From: Chthonomonadales bacterium
Lineage (GTDB): Bacteria; Armatimonadota; Chthonomonadetes; Chthonomonadales; CAJBBX01
Assembly: GCA_049967475.1 (NCBI GenBank)
Contig: JBMFSQ010000002.1
Location: 235,508-299,507 of the forward strand
DNA: 64,000 nucleotides
Direction of reading: 5' to 3'
Shown here one piece after another: positions 46,291-56,318 of this stretch. The notes under the pieces are model-generated. The model had not been told where the DNA came from. It was given only the letters and a program-made list of their open reading frames with translations, and searched no databases. Position numbers and translations under genes: made by a program. Each line of letters begins with the position of its first letter. Positions within the stretch are counted from its first letter, which is position 1.

Positions 46291-46974
46291 TTACTCGAGG
46301 GCATCGGGTGCTGGGGCTGCTTCTCCATCGCCGTTGTCCAGGGTCTCTGAAAGATGGTAGGAAAGGACGGCCAGCTCCTGCACGAACGACACGTTCCGCA
46401 CCACCACTCTTTCGGGAAGGCGCAAGATCGTAGGGGCGAAGTTGAGGATGGCCCGGATATCCGCATCCATGAGCTGCTCGGCCACGCTCTGGGCGGCGGA
46501 CCGAGGCACGGCGATGATGCCGATGCGGGCGCCGAGAAGGGCGTTGACCTCTTTGACACGCGCAATATCCAAAATCTCCAGATCCCACAGATACCGGCCG
46601 ATCTTTGCGTAATTGTTATCGAACACGGCCACCAGATTGAAGCGCTGTTCCTTGAGGCCCGGATACCCTACCAGGGCGGATCCCAGATTGCCTGCTCCCA
46701 CCAGGATCACCTTCTGCTCACGGTCTATCTTGAGGATGCGCGCGATGCGCCGCTGAAGATCCGCCACGTTGTACCCCACGCCCGGCTTGCCGAACTCTCC
46801 GAAGTACGATAGATCCTTGCGGAACTGGGCCGCATTGATGCCCGTTTCGGCCTCCACCTCGGCCGAAGAAATAGTCTCGACGTGGTTGTGTTCCAGATCT
46901 ATAAGGAAACGCAGGTACGTGGCGAGCCGTTCCAGCGTAGGGATCGGCACCCTCCCATTCGGAACGTTGTTCAA
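46291..46974 (-). CDS. rex: Redox-sensing transcriptional repressor Rex
   Basis: ERLATYLR, ISS, QFRKDLSYFGEFGKPGVGY, VGAGNLG.AL and ILNFAP. GGAGG RBS before TTG 46974. Confidence 0.96.
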   Translation of the reverse strand: MNNVPNGRVPIPTLERLATYLRFLIDLEHNHVETISSAEVEAETGINAAQFRKDLSYFGEFGKPGVGYNVADLQRRIARILKIDREQKVILVGAGNLGSALVGYPGLKEQRFNLVAVFDNNYAKIGRYLWDLEILDIARVKEVNALLGARIGIIAVPRSAAQSVAEQLMDADIRAILNFAPTILRLPERVVVRNVSFVQELAVLSYHLSETLDNGDGEAAPAPDALE

Positions 46975-47052
46975 TGCGGCACCTCCGTAGCTCCCGAGCA
47001 CCCGGGCCGACCATGAGCGCCTACCTGGGTGGACCGTTACGCTTTCAGCGCA

Positions 47053-47081
47053 ATTATACTCTGCCTGTCTTTGATCGTCAA
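47053..47081 (-). promoter_or_regulatory. Sigma70 promoter of the rex-hem operon
   Basis: Minus strand TTGACG (47076-47081)-N17-TATAAT (47053-47058). Confidence 0.8.
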
Positions 47082-47085
47082 CAAC

Positions 47086-47103
47086 TTGTGAAATGCTGCA
47101 CAA
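47086..47103. promoter_or_regulatory. Rex operator
   Basis: TTGTGAA-ATGC-TGCACAA, one mismatch from the Rex consensus TTGTGAA-N4-TTCACAA, 4 bp upstream of the rex -35. Confidence 0.85.
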
Positions 47104-47248
47104 TTCCTTAGGCGCATAAGGCACTTCACCCAAGCAAGAAATAGGAGCGAGGGCGGCAAGGAGAAATGCCCGATGGGGTTGAATAATATATACGTGCCGG
47201 GCCGACGGCGTCCGGAGAACCTGCCGACGCTCCCGCAAGGAGGACACG

Positions 47249-48271
47249 ATGTTTCACGTAGCCATCATAGGCGCCGGTGGAATGGCCGGCCAGCATGCAC
47301 GAAGTTATGCAGAACTGCCCAATGCACGCGTAACGGGCGTGATGGATATCCGCAAAGAGGCTGCGGAGGCCCTAGCCGCTCAACATGAGGCCAAAGCCTT
47401 TACGGACGCGGCACAGATGCTGGCATCCGTCCCCTTCGATATCGTGGACATATGCGTTCCCACTCCGTGGCATGCGGAATATGTAATCCAGGCTGCTGCA
47501 GCCAAGCCGCGAGGCATCGTGGTAGAGAAGCCCATGGGCCGCACGGTGGACGATTGCCGCCGCATCATCGCCGCATGTGAGGATGCGGGCGTCCCTCTCT
47601 TTCCTGCTCATGTCTTGCGCTTCTTTCCGGAATTCGCGGCTGCCCGCAACAAGATCCTGGCCGGCGCCGTAGGCAGGCCCGCTACGGTGCGCACTCGCCG
47701 GGGCGGCCCATTCCCCCGCGCGTGGAACAATTGGTACGGCAAGATAGATTGGAGCGGCGGCCTCATCATGGATCTGACCATCCATGACTTCGATTGGCTG
47801 CGGTGGACCTTTGGCGAGGTGGAGCGCGTATACGCTCGCGGCTTAGCCGCATCCTGCCCGCAGGGCGGGGAGTTGGAACGCGACTACGCGCTCATTACGC
47901 TGCGCTTCGAGAACGGTGTGATGGGTCACGTAGAAGGAACCTGGGCCGATCCGGGCGGCTTTAAGGTTACCTTCGAAGTGGCCGGCGACGAGGGCCTCCT
48001 CGAATACAACTTCAACCAACCTGCACCGGTGCCCTTCGAACTTGTGCGCGCGCGCACCGAGGGAGGTGGGCCCGGCGTTCCCGTCCCCGAGAGCCCCGTC
48101 GCTACGAGCCCGTACACGCTGGAGCTCCAGCACTTTTTGGAATGCCTGGAAAGCGGCGCCCGCCCGTTGGTGTCACCCCACGACGGTCTGGAAGCTGTGC
48201 GCATCGCCGAAGCGGCGCTTGCTTCGGTACATACGGGCCGGCCCATCCGCATCAGCCACGGCGATGTTTGA
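47249..48271 (+). CDS. Gfo/Idh/MocA oxidoreductase
   Basis: IIGAGGMA, EKPM, GGLIMDLTIHDFD. AAGGAGG RBS. Confidence 0.92.
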   Translation: MFHVAIIGAGGMAGQHARSYAELPNARVTGVMDIRKEAAEALAAQHEAKAFTDAAQMLASVPFDIVDICVPTPWHAEYVIQAAAAKPRGIVVEKPMGRTVDDCRRIIAACEDAGVPLFPAHVLRFFPEFAAARNKILAGAVGRPATVRTRRGGPFPRAWNNWYGKIDWSGGLIMDLTIHDFDWLRWTFGEVERVYARGLAASCPQGGELERDYALITLRFENGVMGHVEGTWADPGGFKVTFEVAGDEGLLEYNFNQPAPVPFELVRARTEGGGPGVPVPESPVATSPYTLELQHFLECLESGARPLVSPHDGLEAVRIAEAALASVHTGRPIRISHGDV

Positions 48272-48752
48272 TCCGGTTTGGTGGGAAGCGTTGATTACCG
48301 GAACCGAGTGCGCCTATTGTCGTCGGGCGGCGCCGTCGGACCCTGAATTACGTGTCCCCGTGGGGACACTGCCTTCCGGCGAGGTATTCCTGCAACGAGA
48401 CGGCAACTTTCCGGGATACTGCATTCTGTACCTGCGCCGGCATGCCGCTGAACTCTTCGAATTGACGCCGTCCGAGCGGGCATCGCTGATAGAAGATGTG
48501 GCCGCCCTCGCCCACGCCATCTGGACTGTCTGCCGGCCCAGCAAGCTTAATTACGCTATTTTGGGCAACGAGTTGCCGCATCTCCATGTTCACGTGATCC
48601 CGCGCTACCCCGATGACGGATGGTGGGGCAAGCCCATCTGGCTGCGCCCCCATCAAGAGCGGGTGGAACTACCGGAGCCCAGGGCCCGCGAAATCGCGGA
48701 AGCCCTCCGAAGAGAACTCTCATCCTACGAAGGACAAAGCCATGAGCGTTAA
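48264..48752 (+). CDS. HIT-family hydrolase
   Basis: CAYC, FPGY, KLNYAILGN and HLHVHVIPR (histidine triad). Overlaps both neighbours. Confidence 0.88.
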   Translation: MFDPVWWEALITGTECAYCRRAAPSDPELRVPVGTLPSGEVFLQRDGNFPGYCILYLRRHAAELFELTPSERASLIEDVAALAHAIWTVCRPSKLNYAILGNELPHLHVHVIPRYPDDGWWGKPIWLRPHQERVELPEPRAREIAEALRRELSSYEGQSHER

Positions 48753-49734
48753 AATCGGCATCATGAGCGTGGCCCATATGCACGCGTACAGCTATGCGTC
48801 TGCGATCCAACAGATTTCGTCAGCCCAACTCGTCGGCATCGCCGATCATGACCGCGAACGAGCCCGCAGCGCTGCCGCGCGCTTCAATGTAAAGGCTTTT
48901 GACACCTACGATGAGCTCCTCGCCCAAGAACTGGACGCCGTCGTCATCGGTTCCGAGAATGCGCGCCACCGCGATCTGGTCGAGATGGCCGCCGCTGCAG
49001 GCAGGCACGTGCTGTGCGAAAAGCCCCTGGCCACCACCCTTGCCGATGGTGAAGCTATGTTGGCCGCGTGCAAGCAAGCCGGCGTCCAATTGATGACCGC
49101 ATTTCCATGCCGCTTCAGCCCCGCTATGCAGCGCCTGAAGAATGCGGCGGACGCCGGGGCCATCGGTGCCATCCTTGCCATGCGCGGCACCAACCGGGGC
49201 CGATGCCCCTTCGGGTGGTTCACCGATTTGGCCCTTTCCGGAGGCGGAGCAGTGATAGACCACACCGTACACGTAACGGACCTCATGAGATGGGTCCTCA
49301 AACGCGAGGTAACCAGGGTCTATGCCGAAATCTCCAACGCCATGTTCCACAAAGAATTTGAGGACTGCGGCTTCCTTACCCTGGAATTCGAAGGCGGTGT
49401 GTTTGCAACGCTGGACAGCAGTTGGTCCCGCCCCAAATCCTTCCCCATTTGGGGGGACGTGACGCTCTGCGTTACTGGGGAACAGGGCGTTGCGTCGGCA
49501 GATCTGTTCAGCCAGAACCTCGTACTCTACTCGGATCGTACGGGCGGTGTCACCTGGGAAGGATGGGGCAGCAACGTGGATCTGCTCATGCTTCAAGAGT
49601 TCATCAAAGCCATCGAAGCAGACGAACCGGTCCCCGTTAGCGGCGAAGACGGCTTCGCGGCAGCCAAGGTGGCTCTGGCAGCCTATGCCTCTGCCCGCAT
49701 CGGTGAGCCTGTCACCCTAGCGGAACTACGCTGA
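48742..49734 (+). CDS. Gfo/Idh/MocA oxidoreductase
   Basis: IGIMSVAHMH, CEKPLA and GGAVIDHTVHVTD. Confidence 0.92.
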   Translation: MSVKIGIMSVAHMHAYSYASAIQQISSAQLVGIADHDRERARSAAARFNVKAFDTYDELLAQELDAVVIGSENARHRDLVEMAAAAGRHVLCEKPLATTLADGEAMLAACKQAGVQLMTAFPCRFSPAMQRLKNAADAGAIGAILAMRGTNRGRCPFGWFTDLALSGGGAVIDHTVHVTDLMRWVLKREVTRVYAEISNAMFHKEFEDCGFLTLEFEGGVFATLDSSWSRPKSFPIWGDVTLCVTGEQGVASADLFSQNLVLYSDRTGGVTWEGWGSNVDLLMLQEFIKAIEADEPVPVSGEDGFAAAKVALAAYASARIGEPVTLAELR

Positions 49735-49756
49735 ACGCATCAGCCGAGGAACGTCC

Positions 49757-52078
49757 ATGATGGTACTACTCGTATGGGCTGTTGCCGCCTTGAGTACACC
49801 GCCTGCACCCCAGCTTGCACAGGCAGGACCTCTAGCCCTGGGCTCCGTGCAGCCCAACCGCGCTGCGGTGCCCCTATTCGGCAAATTCGAGCTTACCCTG
49901 GGTCTCACAGCCACGTACCAGAACCCCTTTGACCCAGCGCAAATAGACGTCTGGGCCGTCTTCAAATCTCCGCATGGCCGTAAGATGCGCGTCAACGGCT
50001 TTCTGGATCAGCCATTTAACCGACGCCTCGTCAACGGCCGAGAAGAGATCATCCCTGCGGGTGCACCCATTTGGCGGGTGCGCTTCGCCGCCGACGAGAC
50101 GGGCGTCTGGACCTACTGGGTGTATGCACGGGACCTCTCGGGAGAACGGCAGGTGGGCCCTCGAAAGTTCCGCGTGACGCCGGCCCCGGATCCGGGCTTC
50201 GTAGGTGTCGCCCGCCGAAACCCCCGCGTCTTCGCCTTCCAAAACGGCCGGCCTTTCTTCGCTGTGGGAGAAGACATGTGCTGGGGCGGCCCGAGAGGAT
50301 CGTTTGATTACGACGCATGGCTAGCCAAGTTGGCCAGGGCCGGCGGCAACTGGATCCGCATCTGGATGTGTAGTTGGAACTGCGGGCTGGAGTGGACCGC
50401 TGAGCCCCATGGAGACTGGCGCACAGGCGATTACCACGGCCTCGGCGTTTACAGCCTGGACAACGCCTGGAAGTTGGATCATATCCTAGACACCGCAGCC
50501 TCCAACCACATCCGGGTGATGCTCTGCTTCGGTACGTACGGGGAGCTTGCCAGCGGAGGGTACTTCAACGAGGGGCAATGGAAGGCGAACCCGTACAACG
50601 CCGCCAATGGAGGACCTTGCTCCAGCCCTGACGATTTCTGGACGAACCCGCGCGCACGAGCCCTCTACCGCCAACGGTTGCGGTACATCGCAGCACGATA
50701 TGGATGGCGAACCAACATCCACTCCTGGGAGCTGTGGAACGAAATTGCGGCGGATACGCCGGCCAAAGTCGCCTGGCACGCGGAAATGGCTCAATTCCTC
50801 AAAGGGACGGGCCCATTCAAGGGTCATCCGGCGGACCCTTTCCATCACCTGCTCACTACCTCCTATGGCTCCGACGCCCTCTGGCGCATGCCCGAATACG
50901 ACTTCACCCAAACGCACCATTACGGCGTAGGCACAACTCCGGACCATGCTCCAGTGGTCCATGCGGATGCCCTCTCCTTTTCGCGCTTCCAAAAACCGCA
51001 CCTCATGAGCGAGTTCGGCATAGACTGGCGCAAGTCCGACCGCGATTACGATCCCAAAGGCCTCGGTGTAAACCTCCACAATGCCATCTGGTCCGCCGCC
51101 GCAAGCGGAGACGCCGGCACTGCCATGATCTGGTATTGGGACAACTACGTGGACCCCCTCGATCTCTACCGGGAATACACCGCGCTCAGCCGCTTTGCAA
51201 AGCGGATAGACTGGACTGCAGGAACTTGGAACGAACTCGCCTTCGACGCCCCCCGCATCGAGCGCGGTCCCTTCCACTACACCGACCTCGTACTTCCTAC
51301 TGCCCAGGAATGGCGCAAGCCCGAGACGACCGCCATACCCATCAAGCCTGTAAGCTCGGCAGCGAACGTCCGTATACCCGGCTTCCTGTTCGGACCAGCC
51401 AAACCGGATCTCAAAGCTGATATCACCCTAGCCATTCATCCCGAACACCCCGGCAAATTGATTGTTCATGTGGACACCGTGTCGGACCGGTCACGCTTGC
51501 GCATTTTGTTGGACGGGAAGGTAGCGCTGGATCATCGCTTTTCCGCAGCCCCGGCAGAACCCCACGAATACGAAACCTCCGAACTGCGCAAGGAGTGGAA
51601 TATCTATCAGGCCCGCTTCAACCGAGATTACTCCGTGCCCTTTCCCGCCGGCAGACACGTGATCACACTCCAGAATACGGAAGGCGACTGGATGAGCATC
51701 TCGTCCATCACGCTCACATCCTATCGGAGCAGCCGGTTCCCCGATGTAAACCTCTATGGGTTGACCCGGCGCTCGGAAGCCTTCTTCTGGGTTCAGAATG
51801 GGGCGCACAATTGGAAAAACGTAGCCGACGGCCGCCCCATTCCAGTTCTCACAGGCGTTACGACACACCTTCACGGGCTTTCCCCAGGAAGATACGTCGT
51901 GGAGTGGTGGGATACGCAAATAGGGCGCGTTATAAGCCGCACACGCACGCAAACAGACGCAGCCGGTTTGCCTTTGCGCCTTCCAGATTTGAAAGCCGAT
52001 TTGGCGGCCGTCATCGTACCTATGTCGGCCGGACCGGCTCGTTCTTTGAGTGCAACCCATATGAGGAGGAAACATTGA
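49757..52078 (+). CDS. Secreted DUF5060 plus GH5-like glycoside hydrolase
   Basis: NPFDP..IDV.A.F.SP.G, WRVRF..DETG.W, GGNWIRIW, RYIAARYG, WELWNE and MSEFG. Confidence 0.82.
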   Translation: MMVLLVWAVAALSTPPAPQLAQAGPLALGSVQPNRAAVPLFGKFELTLGLTATYQNPFDPAQIDVWAVFKSPHGRKMRVNGFLDQPFNRRLVNGREEIIPAGAPIWRVRFAADETGVWTYWVYARDLSGERQVGPRKFRVTPAPDPGFVGVARRNPRVFAFQNGRPFFAVGEDMCWGGPRGSFDYDAWLAKLARAGGNWIRIWMCSWNCGLEWTAEPHGDWRTGDYHGLGVYSLDNAWKLDHILDTAASNHIRVMLCFGTYGELASGGYFNEGQWKANPYNAANGGPCSSPDDFWTNPRARALYRQRLRYIAARYGWRTNIHSWELWNEIAADTPAKVAWHAEMAQFLKGTGPFKGHPADPFHHLLTTSYGSDALWRMPEYDFTQTHHYGVGTTPDHAPVVHADALSFSRFQKPHLMSEFGIDWRKSDRDYDPKGLGVNLHNAIWSAAASGDAGTAMIWYWDNYVDPLDLYREYTALSRFAKRIDWTAGTWNELAFDAPRIERGPFHYTDLVLPTAQEWRKPETTAIPIKPVSSAANVRIPGFLFGPAKPDLKADITLAIHPEHPGKLIVHVDTVSDRSRLRILLDGKVALDHRFSAAPAEPHEYETSELRKEWNIYQARFNRDYSVPFPAGRHVITLQNTEGDWMSISSITLTSYRSSRFPDVNLYGLTRRSEAFFWVQNGAHNWKNVADGRPIPVLTGVTTHLHGLSPGRYVVEWWDTQIGRVISRTRTQTDAAGLPLRLPDLKADLAAVIVPMSAGPARSLSATHMRRKH

Positions 52079-53064
52079 TGCCGGAACTTGGGATCGGCGT
52101 GATCGGCTGCGGAGCCATGGCCCGAGACCTCGCCCGCCGCTGCATAACACTGGGAGCGCGCATAACAGCCGTGAGCGACCCAGACCCTCAGGCTCTTGCC
52201 AAAGCAGCTTCCGAACTTGGGGCTGCGCCTGTAAACGACACTCGAGAGATGTGCGCCCGCCCCGATGTTCACGCGGTGCTCGTCGGTTCCCCGCCGGGGA
52301 GCCATCTCGAGAACGTCCTCGCGGCGGCAGAAGCGGGCAAACCCGTTTATTGCGAAAAACCCCTAGGCATTAACGTCGCGCAGTGTGACCAGATGATCGC
52401 CGCATGCCGCAACGCGGGCGTCGGCCTCTTCGTAGGGCAGGTGCTGCGCCTTTTTCCCCTATTCTGGCAGTCCCGGGTGCTCATTGACGAGGGAAAGATC
52501 GGCGTCCCCAAGGCAGTATCCGTTACCAGGGCGGGTTATGGGACGGTGTTTCATTCCGGCTGGCGCAAACGCAGGCATCTGGCCGGGGGACTGCTTCTGG
52601 AAGTGAATGCCCACGAATTCGATTACATGCGCTTCCTGCTGGGAGAACCCGACCGCGTATACGCCAAATTGGACAACATTCTGGGCGGCATGGAGTATGA
52701 GGACCAGGCCTTCGTAACCGTGTCCTTTAAGAGCGGCGCTGCAGGGATGCTGCACAGCACGTTCTCTTCGCCCCTTGGCGAGTACCGTGTGCACATTCAG
52801 GGCACAGAGGGTAACATCATTCACGGAGGCTTTGGCGGTACGCTCCGGTACAAGCGAGTGGACGGCGAAGAAGGGGAATTCCGTCCTGAAGACGTAAGCG
52901 TTCCGAACCCGTACGATCGGGAATTGGCATCCTGGATCGCCTCCATCACATCGGGGGAAGCGCCGCTCTTCACGGGTGCAGACGGGCGGGCCGCCGTAGC
53001 CATGGCCGAAGCGGCATATCGAAGTGCCGAGCGCGATCAGCCCGTAGCCATCGCGGATCTTTAG
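52078..53064 (+). CDS. Gfo/Idh/MocA oxidoreductase
   Basis: GVIGCGAMA, CEKPL and GGLLLEVNAHEFD. TGATG overlap with the upstream stop and GAGGAGG RBS. Confidence 0.9.
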   Translation: MPELGIGVIGCGAMARDLARRCITLGARITAVSDPDPQALAKAASELGAAPVNDTREMCARPDVHAVLVGSPPGSHLENVLAAAEAGKPVYCEKPLGINVAQCDQMIAACRNAGVGLFVGQVLRLFPLFWQSRVLIDEGKIGVPKAVSVTRAGYGTVFHSGWRKRRHLAGGLLLEVNAHEFDYMRFLLGEPDRVYAKLDNILGGMEYEDQAFVTVSFKSGAAGMLHSTFSSPLGEYRVHIQGTEGNIIHGGFGGTLRYKRVDGEEGEFRPEDVSVPNPYDRELASWIASITSGEAPLFTGADGRAAVAMAEAAYRSAERDQPVAIADL

Positions 53065-53163
53065 CCCATCCTCGTTGCGCCCGGCCCGAACGCCGATGCT
53101 GCGAGGCCGAACCAAGCCATCCGCGCTTCGTTAATTCTCTTGCAGATATGAAAGGCTGCACGC

Positions 53164-54462
53164 ATGCATCCACGAACGTTTCATCTTGCCCCAACAGAAC
53201 TGCCCACGCATTGGTACAACATCGTCGCTGATCTGGACACTCCACCCCCGCCTCCGCTCGACCCGGCAACGAAAGAGCCGGTAGGACCCGACGCCCTTGC
53301 CCGCATCTTCCCCATGAGCGTGATCGAGCAGGAGGTGTCTTCGGAGCGATGGATCCCGATCCCGGATCCCGTGCGTGAGATCCTGGCTCTTTGGCGCCCC
53401 ACGCCGCTATACCGGGCGACGCGCCTTGAAGCCGCCCTGGACACTCCGGCTCAAATCTACTACAAGAACGAGGGCGCCAGCCCTACGGGAAGCCACAAGC
53501 CCAACACCGCTGTAGCGCAAGCCTACTACAATGCCAAAGAGGGCATCCGCCGCATCACCACCGAAACCGGTGCAGGTCAATGGGGCAGTTCCCTAGCCTT
53601 CGCGGCATACCAGTTCGGGATTGAGTGCGTGGTGTACATGGTGCGGGTGAGCTTTGAACAGAAGCCCTACCGCAAGTCGCTCATGTCTATCTGGGGCGCA
53701 TCCGTCTATTCCAGCCCCAGTGACCGCACGGAGATCGGCCGCACGATACAGTCTCGGGATCCTCAGACACCCGGGAGCCTGGGCATCGCCATCAGCGAAG
53801 CGATTGAGGATTGCGTCACGAACAAAGACACCCGCTATTCCCTGGGGAGCGTACTCAATCACGTGCTTCTGCACCAAACGGTAATCGGGCAGGAGGCCGT
53901 CAAACAGATGGAGATGGCCGGCGGGCTGCCCGACGTGATTTACGGATGCGCAGGGGGCGGGTCCAACTTCGCCGGGCTGGTGTTCCCGTTCCTGCGCGAG
54001 AAGCTGGCAGGCCGATGGAAGGGCGAGGCGGTGGCAGTGGAACCTGCTTCGTGCCCGTCACTCACGAAGGGCGAGTACCGCTACGACTTCGGCGATACCG
54101 CCGGAACGACGCCGCTCATGAAAATGTACACTCTCGGCCACGATTTCGTGCCGCCCGGCATCCACGCGGGCGGGCTGCGGTACCACGGCATGGCACCACT
54201 GGTAAGCCACGCACTCTCCTTGGGGATGATCCGAGCTGAGGCGTACGATCAAAAGCCCGTGTTTGAGGCAGCAGTCCAGTTTGCCCGGGCCGAGGGCATC
54301 GTTCCGGCGCCGGAGTCCGCCCACGCCATCCGCGGAGCCATCAACGAAGCCCTGCGCTGCCGCGATACCGGAGAAGAGAAGCGCATCCTCATAGGCTTGA
54401 GCGGGCACGGATTGCTGGACCTATCGGCTTACGACCTATACCTCTCCGGAAGGATGGTATAG
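53164..54462 (+). CDS. trpB2: Tryptophan synthase beta chain, TrpB2 type
   Basis: [47 protein letters not shown] and LSGHG. Confidence 0.93.
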   Translation: MHPRTFHLAPTELPTHWYNIVADLDTPPPPPLDPATKEPVGPDALARIFPMSVIEQEVSSERWIPIPDPVREILALWRPTPLYRATRLEAALDTPAQIYYKNEGASPTGSHKPNTAVAQAYYNAKEGIRRITTETGAGQWGSSLAFAAYQFGIECVVYMVRVSFEQKPYRKSLMSIWGASVYSSPSDRTEIGRTIQSRDPQTPGSLGIAISEAIEDCVTNKDTRYSLGSVLNHVLLHQTVIGQEAVKQMEMAGGLPDVIYGCAGGGSNFAGLVFPFLREKLAGRWKGEAVAVEPASCPSLTKGEYRYDFGDTAGTTPLMKMYTLGHDFVPPGIHAGGLRYHGMAPLVSHALSLGMIRAEAYDQKPVFEAAVQFARAEGIVPAPESAHAIRGAINEALRCRDTGEEKRILIGLSGHGLLDLSAYDLYLSGRMV

Positions 54463-54816
54463 CCCCTTGGGGGATGGCCCGTTGGCGTGAAGCCAGTTGA
54501 GGGCATAGGCTCCTACATAGAGGACAATCGCTGCGCGGAGGGCCCACCGTACAAAGCGCGGGTGGCGATGTCTGGCCCACTCGGCAACTGCCAGCGGCCC
54601 TCCCAGCAATGCTGCCTTCAGAAGAGAAAAGCCCCAGGGCCCCAGCGCCTTAAGCACACCAGCCATGAATGGGTTTGCCTCCATGGCGTGGCCCGTGGCG
54701 ATCCAATACACCGTGGAGAGCAGGTCTGCCAGCCCAACCGCAGCCAGGATCGTGGTTTCCGGCAGAACGTACGTATAAAACGCGTGCGCCTTTGAAGATG
54801 CCGTGTCTTGCTTCAT
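54436..54816 (-). CDS. Small membrane protein (DUF5658-like)
   Basis: ADLLST...EANPFM...K motif with three hydrophobic segments. Confidence 0.7.
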   Translation of the reverse strand: MKQDTASSKAHAFYTYVLPETTILAAVGLADLLSTVYWIATGHAMEANPFMAGVLKALGPWGFSLLKAALLGGPLAVAEWARHRHPRFVRWALRAAIVLYVGAYALNWLHANGPSPKGLYHPSGEV

Positions 54817-54832
54817 GGGTGCCGCGTCCGCC

Positions 54833-55234
54833 CTACTTTCCGTCAGCCTCCGGGGGCGCTGAGCACCCGCTGGAGAGAGCGCAAAAGAGCAGTTCTGCAG
54901 CTGCAGTATTCGTGGCAAGGGGAACGTTGTGCGTGTCGCACGCCTTCATGAGGGCCGCAATATCCGGCTCGTGAGGATGGGCCGTGAGGGGATCCCGAAG
55001 GAAAACGACCGCCTTAACCTTCTCAGTCGCGATGAGGGCGCCAATCTGCAAATCCCCGCCGAGCGGCCCCGAAAGAACAGTAGACAGTTTCAGACCTACC
55101 TCGCGCTGGATCGCCTCACCTGTGGTGCGGGTCGCCACCAGATCCTCGGCAGCCAACATATCACGCCATCTACGGCATAGAGCGATCATCTCGGCTTTTT
55201 TAGCATCATGGGCGATTAAAGCCAGATACCGCAT
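54833..55234 (-). CDS. mgsA: Methylglyoxal synthase
   Basis: ALIAHDAKK, AT.TTG, SGPLGGD.QIG, DPLTAHPHEPDI.AL and PLATN. Confidence 0.95.
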   Translation of the reverse strand: MRYLALIAHDAKKAEMIALCRRWRDMLAAEDLVATRTTGEAIQREVGLKLSTVLSGPLGGDLQIGALIATEKVKAVVFLRDPLTAHPHEPDIAALMKACDTHNVPLATNTAAAELLFCALSSGCSAPPEADGK

Positions 55235-55318
55235 CCTTCACTCCCCCGTTCGTCCGCATTATAAAAGGATACCTGCATCCGCACCTGACGCGCAAACGGC
55301 CTGTTCCCGTTGGAAGAT

Positions 55319-56149
55319 CTACAGCAAACACCCCTGCACTGCCGGGCGCCTCGGCCTCCAAACCACGCTGGGTTGATCGCGAAGGGCAACTTCCAGGCAT
55401 ACCGGTACGCCTGTGAGCCGGGAAAGCTCCTGGGACACCGTGCGCCGCGCCAGCGCAGGCGAATTGTTCACTGCCGATAGATGCGCAAGCCAGAACGCGG
55501 CAGGTCCACCCTCATCCAAAAGCCGCGCAATCAGATGGGCAGCCTCAGTATTGGAGAGATGCCCTGTGTCGCTGGCCACGCGCGCCTTCATGTGCGGGGG
55601 ATACGGCCCTCTGAGGAGCCATTGAAGGTCATGGTTCGCCTCCAGCACGCAAAGGTGTGCGCCGCGCAAAGCGCCCGCCACCTCAGGCGTCACACAACCG
55701 AGGTCCGTCGCGTAGGCGATGCGCACACCGCCCGTCTCTACCACATACCCCACAGGGTCGGCGGCGTCGTGGGACACCGGGAAGGAGCGCACCCAGAAGC
55801 AACCCATTCGTGTGTCGGCGCCTGTAGGAAGTTCCCGCGTGAATGGAGGATCGAACCGCCTGCACAAGGCTTCCAGCGTCGCTCGGTTCCCAACTACGGG
55901 TGCCGCCCACCGCTTGCCCACCGCTTCCGCAGCGCGGATGTGGTCCTCGTGCTCATGTGTAATGAGGACGCCTTCCAAACAGCCGGGTTCTACGCCCCGA
56001 TGTTGGAGCCACGGCACAAGCCGCCGGGGTCCGATACCGGCGTCAATGAGAAGACACCGGCCGTTCATGCGTATGAGGGTCGCGTTGCCGCTGCTGCCGC
56101 TTCCCAACGCGTGAACCTCTAGGGATGATGGGATCCACTCGGCCGGCAT
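55319..56149 (-). CDS. MBL-fold hydrolase (YycJ/WalJ-like)
   Basis: LGSGSSGNA, IDAG, THEHEDH, SHDA.DP.G, TDLG, EANHD, GHLSN and LAHLS..NN. Confidence 0.88.
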   Translation of the reverse strand: MPAEWIPSSLEVHALGSGSSGNATLIRMNGRCLLIDAGIGPRRLVPWLQHRGVEPGCLEGVLITHEHEDHIRAAEAVGKRWAAPVVGNRATLEALCRRFDPPFTRELPTGADTRMGCFWVRSFPVSHDAADPVGYVVETGGVRIAYATDLGCVTPEVAGALRGAHLCVLEANHDLQWLLRGPYPPHMKARVASDTGHLSNTEAAHLIARLLDEGGPAAFWLAHLSAVNNSPALARRTVSQELSRLTGVPVCLEVALRDQPSVVWRPRRPAVQGCLL

Positions 56150-56318
56150 GAGGCACTCTCCCCGATTATGATCGAAGCCGCCAACGCAGGCGGTTGCACA
56201 GGCGACGGATGCATTGTACCTGTGGAACCGGTCGTCTTTAGGAAAAGACCCCGGCGGCGTTGATCCAGCGATGCCCGGCGCATCGGAGCAGAGAAGGGCA
56301 CGCAGAGCGCAGGAGGCT

